A stretch of DNA of 60,574 nucleotides, from the IMG/VR virus record IMGVR_UViG_3300044641_005651, one strand, 5' to 3'. The notes below the pieces were generated by a model. The model did not search any database and was not told the origin of the DNA. It saw nothing but the letters and a program-made list of their open reading frames with translations. The translations under genes were made by a program, and so were the position numbers. Positions 28,416 through 37,528 of this stretch are shown in pieces. Each line of letters starts with the position of its first letter. Positions within the stretch are counted from its first letter, which is position 1. This DNA is from an uncultured virus (IMG/VR IMGVR_UViG_3300044641_005651). Taxonomy: Duplodnaviria > Heunggongvirae > Uroviricota > Caudoviricetes.

Positions 28416-29356
28416 TAACTAAATACCTCTTTTAGCTTCATGCTAACAGTATAGAAATTTTGAGAAGGTTGTGAACCAGAACTAGCCACATGAGTAGTCT
28501 GAATAGGACCGTCAAAACGAACAGTTACAGAGCCACTATCATTAATATGGCTAAGATCGAATACAAAAGATTCATAATCACCACTTCTAGCATTATAGAA
28601 ATTATCTATAGCTATTTTATGAACTCCAGATATGTTTGTATAGGTAAGATTATAATTACGACGAGGACGACGACTGCGCAGACGTCTAGTCTCATATCCT
28701 GCCTGACTCTCGAAAGTTAAAGTATCAAATTGTTTATCAGTAGAGAAGCCACGATCTGGTTTTCTATCAGACATAGTAGTAAATCTTTCTACTTGCGTAG
28801 AGGTGCCGGAAAAAACTCGGATATCTAAATTAGCAACATTTGAAGCTAGTGCCGGAGATATATCTATACCATAACTACCTAAGGTAGAACTTGGAAAAGT
28901 ATATGCTGATGGATTTTGAACGACGCCGTCTACAGATACCATCATCTGATTTGCCTCAGCAGGAGTTCCTGTGATAGCCCATGCAGTTCTAGACCCATTT
29001 ATCTGATAATTATTTCCATTATAACTAAGAACTGAGCTATTACTATAAAATATAGGAGAGATCTGAAGACTATCTTTAGTTATTTTCAGAAAATCTGGCA
29101 CTGCTAAAGTTTTTATCTCTAGACTCGTAGCGCCTGGAGCTACTATAAAATTAACCGTTCCTTTATTATTAGATAGAGTATAACTATTATAGGCCTGAAC
29201 TATTCCGTCAACTACTATAGCGACTTCGGCCGGAGTGCCGACATAGCGGCCTATATTAAAACTAGTAGTCAAACCTGTAGAAGTATAGGTAACACTACTT
29301 ACTATAGAATAGTTATCTGGGGATACATTTGCTCCACTAGGATAATATGCTACCAT
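28415..29356 (-). CDS. Distal tail protein (gpM/Dit-like) with N-terminal extension
   Basis: GYETRR, FYNARSG.YESFVF, VRFDG; directly after the tape measure gene. Confidence 0.72.
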   Translation of the reverse strand: MVAYYPSGANVSPDNYSIVSSVTYTSTGLTTSFNIGRYVGTPAEVAIVVDGIVQAYNSYTLSNNKGTVNFIVAPGATSLEIKTLAVPDFLKITKDSLQISPIFYSNSSVLSYNGNNYQINGSRTAWAITGTPAEANQMMVSVDGVVQNPSAYTFPSSTLGSYGIDISPALASNVANLDIRVFSGTSTQVERFTTMSDRKPDRGFSTDKQFDTLTFESQAGYETRRLRSRRPRRNYNLTYTNISGVHKIAIDNFYNARSGDYESFVFDLSHINDSGSVTVRFDGPIQTTHVASSGSQPSQNFYTVSMKLKEVFS

Positions 29357-32300
29357 TACATACCTCTCAAGGTCTTACGAATTGGACCATTATTCTGAAT
29401 ATCTCTTACTACTATATCTACTATCATATCTCTTCCGTTTACAGATACCTTCGGAGTTCCCACTACTTCTTGTGAGGTTCCTTGATTATTTACATTTACC
29501 ATAACATTTCCTGGAGCAGTTTGTCCAGTTGCATTCATCTGGTTAAGGGTTTGTCCTCCTATGGCCATAGCGGCTGGACGACGAATGACAAACTCACCGG
29601 GTTCCAATAGTGCGGGAACTCGGTCTCTTAGACCTGCATATCCGCCAGCGGCCATGTGTTTTACAGGTCCTCCTATAGCAGTTCCTGTACCTATAGCACC
29701 AGGAGCTATATTACCTACGCCTGTAGGTGTTGCGTTTAATCCACTGAACAAATTGCCTATTCCACTAAATAAACCAGCTCCTCCAGCTCCTGCTGCGCCA
29801 CTAAATAATTGTTTAGTAGCTATTTGAGTTAAAGCAGTTCCTAGAGCACTTACTACAGTATAGATAAATGCTTTTTTCCAATCACGAGTAGCTGCTAAAG
29901 TAGCCGCAAAAGTAGTAGCAGCTACAGTTCCTACTGTCTGAAAGTTAACCCCTAGCTCTTTTAATTTATCACCGAATCCTTGTGCTTCTTCTGTAGGAGG
30001 TTTAATTACGCCAGGAGTTACAGGCCCGGATGCTTGGTCAGGAGTAGCACCTCCAGAAGTGGTACCACCAGCTCCGACCATTGTAACTCTAAGGGCATTA
30101 CCTGTAAATACACTCTGCAATATTTGATCACCTGTTTTGGCTAGTTGGTCTCCTGTTATAGCAGTATATAAAGAACCAATAGCGCCTCCAACCAAATTCT
30201 GTAAAGGCTCAATTAAGAATTTCTTTAAAATAGCTGTTTGGATAGTTTCTGCAACACTAATAGCTAACTTCTGCATACCTTCTCTAAAAGCTTGAATAGT
30301 AGGAATACCTTGGTTGATAGCTTTAAAGAAATCTAATACTGCTGTAGATAGGTTTTCTTTAATACCTCTACTAATATCTTCAAAAAGTTGTTTAACTTTA
30401 TTTCTTTGGTCTGCTATTCTCTGTAACTCTGATGCGTAGACTTGAGCAGCTTTTATTTCGTCTGTTGCAGCAGAGACTATAGCAGTATCATATCTTTTCT
30501 TAGCTAATGCAGCTTCTGTTTCTAAACCCTTTAACTTATCTTGTAGAAGTTTAACTTCTGTTTCTCTGTTAAGCTCTTGCGCCATTCTAATCTGATCTCG
30601 AGTTTGTGCTTCTTGCTCTTGTGTCTTTATTAGATTGTCTAGTTCAGCTCTAGCACCTGCAGCTCTTATGTTATTTACATCTATCTCTCCTGCAGCTCTA
30701 AGTAAGATATTTCTATTTTCTTGATTATATATTTGTTCGGATAGTTGTCTATTTGCAGTAAGAGTTGCTCTAGCTTTAGTTAGATCAGTTTCAAAATTTT
30801 TGAATATATCATTAGCAGTAGTACTTGCGGTAGTACCTAGTTGTTTATTAATTAATTCCTCATACTTATTTAAAAACTGTTTAAATACCTCTTTCTGTTG
30901 TTCTAATAAAAATAGCTGTTTAGATATTAAGTCTAACTCAAAATCTCTACGTAGCTTAGCATCAGCAGCTACATCTAATTCTCCTCTAGCTCGAGCCCTA
31001 GCTAAATCACTTTGAAGAGCTAATACGCTTATTTCATTTTGTATTTTATCTCTATCAAGTTTTTCTCTCTTTTTAATTATATTATCTTCTATTACTTGCT
31101 GTTGGTTTTGTAGAACTTTTCTACCTTCCAAAGTAGCTAACTGTGTTTGTATTTCTTCTTCTTGAACTTTTAATCTTTCCTTTGTAACAGAAAATTCTTG
31201 ATCTGCAATTGCTTTTCTATCCTCTATTAAGGCCAGCTCTCTAGCATAATTTATATCAGCTATTTGCTTATCTAAACGTATTAAATCTTCTTCTAATACT
31301 AGATTTTGTGATCTACCTAGAATTTCCTTCTGTAAAGTCGGAACAGCTAAAGCACCTGTAAATTGTCTTTCAGTTCTAGCTTTTGCTAACTCTCTATCTG
31401 CATCTCTAAGTTGTTGAGCTCTATCTACTTGATTTTTTCTAATTTCTAAATCAGCAAGTTGAGCTTTGGAAACGGATTCTACTAGATTTTCTATTTCTTT
31501 TAAATAGTTAATTTCAGATTCTAATAATTTAATTTGAGATTGCCCGCGTCTTTGATTAGCCTCGGCAGCAGCCTGTGCTCTATTTATCTTATTTTGAATC
31601 TCTAGCTGTTCACCTTGGTTTTTTAAAGAATCAAGCTGTTTCTGATACTCTAAGGTTCGTTTTTCTTCTTGAATAGCTAGCTGATAGGCTTGTTTACCTG
31701 CCTCATACATAATTCCTAACTGTGCCTGTAATACTTCTTTTAACCTAACATTAATATCGGTAAGCTTGCTAGTTTCTATATTTTCTGCTTGTGTTGCTTT
31801 TGTTAGAGCAGCTTGAATCCTTGCTATTTCTTCTAAGTTATCCTGGTTAGCGCCATCAATTAAAACCTGTTTTGATTTGTTTATCAGTGTATCTTCAACG
31901 TCTTTTTTGGTTTTAGTAGCGACATTTAATGAATCTATCTGTAGTTTTAAACTCTTTTCTAAGGAAGAAGCTTGCTGACCTAAAAATAATACTTGATTTC
32001 TCTGAGTTTCTTCTTGAGATCTAGAGATAGTCTTATCTGGATTAAATAATCCAGGTGTAGGTAAATTTTCAATAAACTTTATCTGAGAAGAAAAAGTGGT
32101 TTGTATAGACTTTCTTATTCTCTCTCTTTGAGCTAGTTCTTCCGAAATAAGATTTATTTCTCTTTGTTTTGTTATCAGTCCATCTTTTTGAATATTTAAT
32201 CTTAGTGCTTCAATTCCGATAGCCTCTCTAACCCTTAAAGTTGTTTCCTCAGCTCCCCGTATTCTAGCCTCAATAATTTCTGTATCTATTTGCTTTATTC

Positions 32301-34335
32301 TTTCTGTTAAAGCTATATTTCTTTGAGAAGCGGATTCTGCAGTTAATAGTCCCTTAGCTTGTTCTTCATAAAATTTCTGTACTTCTACTATACCTAAACC
32401 TACATTTAGAGCTGTTTTACCTGTATATTTATCTATTTCTTTATTTGTATCTAAGATATTAGTAATTACATTGGCAAATTTAAGAGCGCCTTTTTCTAAT
32501 TCTCCTGATGTAAATAATTTAACATAATCAAGAGCTTGACCGCCTACAGCTTCTGGAGCAAGAGTTAATATTTTTACTAATTCTGCGCTAGGTTTAATAG
32601 CTGCTAAATCTTTTAGTAATCGAATTCTAACTTCTAACTGTGCTTTACTAGATTCTTTAAAAGTAAAAAGACGCTCACCTTCTGCAGCGCTTAAAGCTCT
32701 TTGTAATCGAGCTTCTAGAGTTGTATTAGCTATCGGGAATCGTAGTATATCCTGTAATGTAGTAGCCACTTGTTCACCTGCAGCTTCAATATCTTCTTTT
32801 TTAAATCTAAATTTAAAAACAGATAGGCTATCTTTAGATGCTTCTGTTACTAGACTACTTATGGCTTCTCGAGTAGCTTTAGCTTGTTCTTGCAATTTTA
32901 CAAAGAAATTAGTTATAGACCCTAACAAATCTACGCCAAATACCTGGCCTATTAACTGAGCTGCGCCTAAAGCAGCTAAGAAAAGATTAAAATATCCTAA
33001 AGCCGAGCTTATTCCTGTGGCTAATCTACTCAATCCTCCGCCTAATTTTTCAAAAGTAGAACCAGCTATAACAGAAGAATTAGATGCTTTCTTTTGAGCT
33101 TCTTCTAATTCCCTGATAGCTATTGTAGCAGCATTAGCTTTAGATATAGATTGATCTAAAGCTTTACCTTGTAATCCTTTTTCGAACTGTCTACTTTGTT
33201 GCCTTTCTTGTAGAGCTTTTAATTCGTCTATACGTGCCTGTATCTGTTGAGGCTGAACTGTTCCTTCTTTAATAGATCTAATAGTTGCTGCTTCTGCTTT
33301 AGTTAAACCGACTCCAATGCCTTTTAAAGCTTCTCCAGCTTTTTCTATATTAGTAGTAAATGCAGGTCCTGTTAATGCAGAAGAAACTCTAGCACCGGTT
33401 TCTAGAGCTCGGGTAGACAGGTCTGTAAAAAAAGCCTCTAACAAAGTTCTTCCCTTGCCAAGAGCAAGAGTTAAGATACCTAAGAAGATCAATACAGAGT
33501 TACCTAGGTCTTTTCCAAAAAAGTTAGCTATTGGAGCTAAAAAGTCTGTTAAAATACTTCCTAGTTTATTTCCAACATCTACTATTCGCGCTGCTAATCT
33601 ATTAAGAGCTTCCGAACTAGTATCAGTAGAAAGACTAATCTCTGAGTATTTTCTAGAACCCTCATCTATAATAGCATTAACGAACGCCTGTCTACGTTCA
33701 AAGTTAGTTAAGCTAGAAGCAGCTTTTCCTGTTTTAGATGCGTAGGCTTCAATGGCTGGTTCAATTCTTGTAAAAATACCCAGTTCGTCTAATAGTTCAG
33801 GCTCTAATTTAGCAGCACCTCTAACTAATCTGTTATATGAATCAGTAAGATCTCTACCCAGAGTTCTACTAGCCTTAGTAGCAACTTCTGATAGTGAATT
33901 TATTTGTTTAGGATTAAACCCTGCTGCTAAAGCTAAGTTAGCAGCAGCAGAAGCTTCTTTTAAAGAAAGCTGTCCTTTAGTTATATCTTGAATACTATTT
34001 AAAATTTGAGAACCAGACTGACCAAAACTAGCAGCTAACGCGTTTGTTCCGGAAATAATTTGTTGGAAATCTGCTGCTGACTTTAAAGCAGCAAAGGCCT
34101 GTTGTAAAGCAAAGGTAGTCGCAGCCGCTCCTGCATAGGCAGCAACTAATCCACCTAATCCAGAAGCCTGAGAGGAGAAGGCACGACCTGTATTGGTAGA
34201 TTCATTACCTAAACGTGTTTGCTTTTTAGCGCTTTCTTCTCCTGCTTTTCCTACTTTATTAATATCAGAAACTACTTTGTCAGCGCCCTGAGATTGAAAT
34301 AAAGCTCTTACTATAGTTGTAATAGTGCCGGCCAC
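29356..34335 (-). CDS. Tape measure protein (T5 pb2-like N-terminus)
   Basis: 1659 aa helical; AFSSQASGLGGLVAAYAG, KLEPELLDELGI, C-terminal AAGG..DRVPALLEPGEFV. Confidence 0.93.
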   Translation of the reverse strand: MAGTITTIVRALFQSQGADKVVSDINKVGKAGEESAKKQTRLGNESTNTGRAFSSQASGLGGLVAAYAGAAATTFALQQAFAALKSAADFQQIISGTNALAASFGQSGSQILNSIQDITKGQLSLKEASAAANLALAAGFNPKQINSLSEVATKASRTLGRDLTDSYNRLVRGAAKLEPELLDELGIFTRIEPAIEAYASKTGKAASSLTNFERRQAFVNAIIDEGSRKYSEISLSTDTSSEALNRLAARIVDVGNKLGSILTDFLAPIANFFGKDLGNSVLIFLGILTLALGKGRTLLEAFFTDLSTRALETGARVSSALTGPAFTTNIEKAGEALKGIGVGLTKAEAATIRSIKEGTVQPQQIQARIDELKALQERQQSRQFEKGLQGKALDQSISKANAATIAIRELEEAQKKASNSSVIAGSTFEKLGGGLSRLATGISSALGYFNLFLAALGAAQLIGQVFGVDLLGSITNFFVKLQEQAKATREAISSLVTEASKDSLSVFKFRFKKEDIEAAGEQVATTLQDILRFPIANTTLEARLQRALSAAEGERLFTFKESSKAQLEVRIRLLKDLAAIKPSAELVKILTLAPEAVGGQALDYVKLFTSGELEKGALKFANVITNILDTNKEIDKYTGKTALNVGLGIVEVQKFYEEQAKGLLTAESASQRNIALTERIKQIDTEIIEARIRGAEETTLRVREAIGIEALRLNIQKDGLITKQREINLISEELAQRERIRKSIQTTFSSQIKFIENLPTPGLFNPDKTISRSQEETQRNQVLFLGQQASSLEKSLKLQIDSLNVATKTKKDVEDTLINKSKQVLIDGANQDNLEEIARIQAALTKATQAENIETSKLTDINVRLKEVLQAQLGIMYEAGKQAYQLAIQEEKRTLEYQKQLDSLKNQGEQLEIQNKINRAQAAAEANQRRGQSQIKLLESEINYLKEIENLVESVSKAQLADLEIRKNQVDRAQQLRDADRELAKARTERQFTGALAVPTLQKEILGRSQNLVLEEDLIRLDKQIADINYARELALIEDRKAIADQEFSVTKERLKVQEEEIQTQLATLEGRKVLQNQQQVIEDNIIKKREKLDRDKIQNEISVLALQSDLARARARGELDVAADAKLRRDFELDLISKQLFLLEQQKEVFKQFLNKYEELINKQLGTTASTTANDIFKNFETDLTKARATLTANRQLSEQIYNQENRNILLRAAGEIDVNNIRAAGARAELDNLIKTQEQEAQTRDQIRMAQELNRETEVKLLQDKLKGLETEAALAKKRYDTAIVSAATDEIKAAQVYASELQRIADQRNKVKQLFEDISRGIKENLSTAVLDFFKAINQGIPTIQAFREGMQKLAISVAETIQTAILKKFLIEPLQNLVGGAIGSLYTAITGDQLAKTGDQILQSVFTGNALRVTMVGAGGTTSGGATPDQASGPVTPGVIKPPTEEAQGFGDKLKELGVNFQTVGTVAATTFAATLAATRDWKKAFIYTVVSALGTALTQIATKQLFSGAAGAGGAGLFSGIGNLFSGLNATPTGVGNIAPGAIGTGTAIGGPVKHMAAGGYAGLRDRVPALLEPGEFVIRRPAAMAIGGQTLNQMNATGQTAPGNVMVNVNNQGTSQEVVGTPKVSVNGRDMIVDIVVRDIQNNGPIRKTLRGM

Positions 34336-34336
34336 T

Positions 34337-34690
34337 CTATCTCCTTGATTTTATTTCTCTTTGTTTCTCATAATATTTTGCATATTCAGTAATAATATAT
34401 GTTAGCAGTTCAAATACCTCTCGTCTATGCTCTATTTCGTAGAAATCAAAGATGTCTCCTATACCAGAAAATTCTTTGCCTAACCAAAGTCCGTTCATAC
34501 CTTCAATTTTATCTGGTAAAATACTAAATATTAAAAGAGCCTGCTGAGTTTCTAAAGATAAATCCCCTGGTTCAACAGGAATATCTTCCTCAACAGGCTC
34601 TTTGCCCATTTGTCGACATATTTCAAAATATTGTTCTTTAGTAATGTTACCCCCAGAAAACGTTTCCTGAAGGTAACTTTTTAGTTTTTT
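34337..34690 (-). CDS. Tail assembly chaperone T portion (frameshift product of a G-T fusion)
   Basis: The -1 frame is open from the slippery site (KLKSYLQETFSGGNITKEQYFEICRQ) into ORF 34337..34609. Confidence 0.82.
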   Translation of the reverse strand, partial: KKLKSYLQETFSGGNITKEQYFEICRQMGKEPVEEDIPVEPGDLSLETQQALLIFSILPDKIEGMNGLWLGKEFSGIGDIFDFYEIEHRREVFELLTYIITEYAKYYEKQREIKSRR

Positions 34691-35115
34691 AGATCAGTTT
34701 CTCTTTTCTTAACAGAGAATGCTTCTAGATCATTTACAGTATCAGTAATAAACTGATCGAAAATACTACTATTTTTTAGTAGTTCAAGAGCTTCTTCAGT
34801 AGAATACGGTAACTCATCTTCTGCGTTCATTGCTGATATATCTACCGGTAGCAACTTCGGAAGATGCTTAACTTTAAGACCCTTCCAGCCTTTAATTACG
34901 CGTTCAGCGTAAGCCTCAACAAACTTGTCATTATCCACCTCCTCTTCTCTTTGGCGGGTGCGTTTGTTGAATTTGTACACTAGTGCCTGGTTTCTAATTT
35001 TCATTAAGTCTTCGCGAGGAACATAGCTAATAGTAACTACGAAACCTTCTGCTTCTGGAAATTCTACATCAATAGTCTTGTCTCCAGTGACAAGTAGTGA
35101 TTTAATTTTAGACAT
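34681..35115 (-). CDS. Tail assembly chaperone (gpG-like)
   Basis: Between tube and TMP genes; IKGWKGL motif; SD GAGG. Confidence 0.85.
   Translation of the reverse strand: MSKIKSLLVTGDKTIDVEFPEAEGFVVTISYVPREDLMKIRNQALVYKFNKRTRQREEEVDNDKFVEAYAERVIKGWKGLKVKHLPKLLPVDISAMNAEDELPYSTEEALELLKNSSIFDQFITDTVNDLEAFSVKKRETDLKN
34684..34690 (-). promoter_or_regulatory. -1 programmed frameshift slippery site A AAA AAC
   Basis: CTA AAA AAC TAA at the end of the chaperone gene. Confidence 0.85.
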
Positions 35116-35119
35116 TTTT

Positions 35120-35244
35120 CCTCATAATTTAAAAATAAAGTGGCGCTTACCGTTTGATCGACGCACGATCGGATGAGGGGATCCCGAAAGATTGTCGCGG
35201 TAAGCGCCTTTGGTATTAAGTTAACTAGCCCCTCAACTAGTTAA
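35120..35244 (-). ncRNA. Candidate structured cis-regulatory RNA / attenuator
   Basis: 11-bp GC stem enclosing two hairpins, an upstream 8-bp hairpin, loop complementarity, and a U-rich tail. Confidence 0.55.
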
Positions 35245-35247
35245 ATG

Positions 35248-36504
35248 TTACTTCTTAGCGTATAGGTCTACTTCACCACCGGTTGTAACGGTATTGATTG
35301 GTTCCTGTGCTTTGAAGTTTACTGATATTGAAATAATATCTTCAATTCCGTGAGTTGGAACGTCAAATACTACTGCAGGCATATTGAGTGCTAGGTATGG
35401 AGCAGTAACTCCTCCAACAACTAGGTTTGCATTTGAGAATGCAGTAGGAGCTGGACGACGATCATTAGCTAGATCACGTAGGAATTGAGCAGAATCTCCA
35501 TCTGCACCGCGTAAGTAAGCGGTGAATGATCCTGTTACTTCTCTAGAACCCGTGAAGCTACCAATAGGGGTATTAACCTTTGATAGTTCTTCTGGAGTGA
35601 TGAAGGTGATATTATTGTTATAGTTGAAGGTGAGAGCCGTGATTGGAAAAGTATAAGTTGTTGAAGAACCGCCTTCAGGCTGAAACTTAACAGTTAGGCT
35701 TGAAAGTCTATTCTTAATGAAGCTTGCAGTTGAGATTGTTCCTGCTACGTTCCACTGATCCCAAGGCTGATAAGAATGAGTTGCAGTGGTTACGTAAGCA
35801 TTGCTGTTAGCGTCTATTGTGGTTCCATTATTTAAAATACCACCAAACACAGATACTGCATTATTTCTAGGAGTACCAGTTAGTTCTATTAGGTTAGTGC
35901 CAAATCCAGACCAAGTAGTAGTAGCAACTGCGTCAATAGCAGCGTCTACTGCAGCCTGATTAACTGCTGTATTAGATACCTGATATATAACGTTATCAAG
36001 TTTAAAATACATATTATAAGTAGCAGATGTACCAAAATTAGGTGTATGAGCAGCAGTATTACCGCTAGCATTTCTAGCAGCACTGGCAAACTTTCCGCCT
36101 GCCTGCCATACGCTAGTAAGCTTATTGGTAGTATAGGTAGAAGTATTTGACATAAGAGCTTGCCATAGATACCAATCTGAGGTAGGCATTGAATTACCTG
36201 ATGTGTGAACCAAAGTACCGCCAGTAGTATTTTCAATACCAGTTGGACGGATATATGTTTGGAAATTCCACTCTACAGGGTTCATTGCTGTTTTAAAACG
36301 CTTACTAGAGCGATCTGGTGTAGTACCGCTCTCTAAGCTATTGATGTCCTGAGTAGCTGCAGCCTGTGACATTGCATAACCTGCAAGGATTTCAACCTTC
36401 CAAGTATTTGCCGGTGTCATTGCTGATACTGCGTCTCCATCGTTAAGACTTACAGTAGAAAGGAACACTTCACTATTTCTTTGAAGGTTCAATGTTTGTG
36501 CCAT
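35248..36504 (-). CDS. Major tail tube protein (T5 pb6-like)
   Basis: NLQRNSEVFLST, PVEWNFQTYIRP, NNNITFITPEEL, TGSREVTGSFTAYL; SD AAGGAG. Confidence 0.9.
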   Translation of the reverse strand: MAQTLNLQRNSEVFLSTVSLNDGDAVSAMTPANTWKVEILAGYAMSQAAATQDINSLESGTTPDRSSKRFKTAMNPVEWNFQTYIRPTGIENTTGGTLVHTSGNSMPTSDWYLWQALMSNTSTYTTNKLTSVWQAGGKFASAARNASGNTAAHTPNFGTSATYNMYFKLDNVIYQVSNTAVNQAAVDAAIDAVATTTWSGFGTNLIELTGTPRNNAVSVFGGILNNGTTIDANSNAYVTTATHSYQPWDQWNVAGTISTASFIKNRLSSLTVKFQPEGGSSTTYTFPITALTFNYNNNITFITPEELSKVNTPIGSFTGSREVTGSFTAYLRGADGDSAQFLRDLANDRRPAPTAFSNANLVVGGVTAPYLALNMPAVVFDVPTHGIEDIISISVNFKAQEPINTVTTGGEVDLYAKK

Positions 36505-36558
36505 AATTAACTCCTTAATATAACCCTATGAGTTAGGCGGTCCCTCTTATATTTTATA

Positions 36559-36587
36559 AGTATAACACCACTTACTATAGGGCGCAA
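36559..36587 (-). promoter_or_regulatory. Sigma70-type promoter for tail genes
   Basis: TTGCGC-17 bp-TATACT with extended TG and AT-rich upstream. Confidence 0.7.
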
Positions 36588-36599
36588 ATAATAAAAATT

Positions 36600-37085
36600 T
36601 CAAATGTTAGAATCTTGTATATATACTATTAACGCTCTAATCTCTACTACTCCATAAGGTTCCATTATGCCTTCATCTGTTGATAGAGACTGAACTCTAC
36701 ATTCAGTTACGTTTAGGTCTTTAAAAGTAGAACGATATTTCATAGAATCAATAATATATTGAATATCTTGAGCTAAATCAGCTGCTTTTTCTATAGGATT
36801 ATCGTCGCTATAGACATAACCTCTGACTTCTAAAATAAAACTAGAAAAAACTTGTGCATCTCCTATTCTAGCTCTAGTTTCGGAACTAATAGGATAACAA
36901 CAAATACTAGGAAAGTCGTTTAAAGTTGATAAATATTCTTGTTTTGCAAAAACGTTTGTAAATACATTAGTACAAAAAGTATACGGACTACGAGGGCTGT
37001 TAGGTAGGGTCTCTGTAGTTCCGTCTATTAGTTTGAGCGCCGAAACTATTTCATTCATAATCTGTCTACGTTTGCTACTCATCAA
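36600..37085 (-). CDS. Tail terminator protein (T5 p142-like), paralog 2
   Basis: RRQI..LKLIDG, NDFPSI, TDEGIMEPYGVVEI. Confidence 0.78.
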   Translation of the reverse strand: MMSSKRRQIMNEIVSALKLIDGTTETLPNSPRSPYTFCTNVFTNVFAKQEYLSTLNDFPSICCYPISSETRARIGDAQVFSSFILEVRGYVYSDDNPIEKAADLAQDIQYIIDSMKYRSTFKDLNVTECRVQSLSTDEGIMEPYGVVEIRALIVYIQDSNI

Positions 37086-37528
37086 TCATCCACATCATAC
37101 TGAACCGTAATCATTATTTCTCCTAACCCATAGGGATCTAGTAAACCGGAGTCCGTGTCTATAGACGCAATTTCGGCAGATATGATCTTGTGACTTTGGT
37201 CATATTTAACACGCTCTAAAACATGAGTAATATCATCCACAAGATCTTCTAGTTTATACAGACTATGCTCTTCGTGTGCATAAATTCTAATCATAATAGT
37301 CATAAAAGCTTCTGTATTTGTTTTAGAATTATATCTATAGAGTTCTTCTCCTGCTTGAATATAAATAGCAGGAAAATCATTTATCTGATCTATATATTTA
37401 AGACCTTTAAACACGTTCTGTGATAAGTTGGTTTTAAACTGATATCCATATTGGCTCGTAGAGCCGTTTATAGTTTTCAGTTGTGTGATAAGATAGTTAA
37501 CTATCTCTCTACGTCTACTTGTTGCCAT
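37082..37528 (-). CDS. Tail terminator protein (T5 p142-like), paralog 1
   Basis: RREI..LKTING, NDFPAI, TDSGLLDPYGLGEI. Confidence 0.78.
   Translation of the reverse strand: MATSRRREIVNYLITQLKTINGSTSQYGYQFKTNLSQNVFKGLKYIDQINDFPAIYIQAGEELYRYNSKTNTEAFMTIMIRIYAHEEHSLYKLEDLVDDITHVLERVKYDQSHKIISAEIASIDTDSGLLDPYGLGEIMITVQYDVDD

Noticed and set aside
35170..35197. Hammerhead ribozyme (cGGATGAG..CGAAA)
   Set aside because: Core deviates from CUGANGA, stem III cannot form, and it lies on the non-coding strand.
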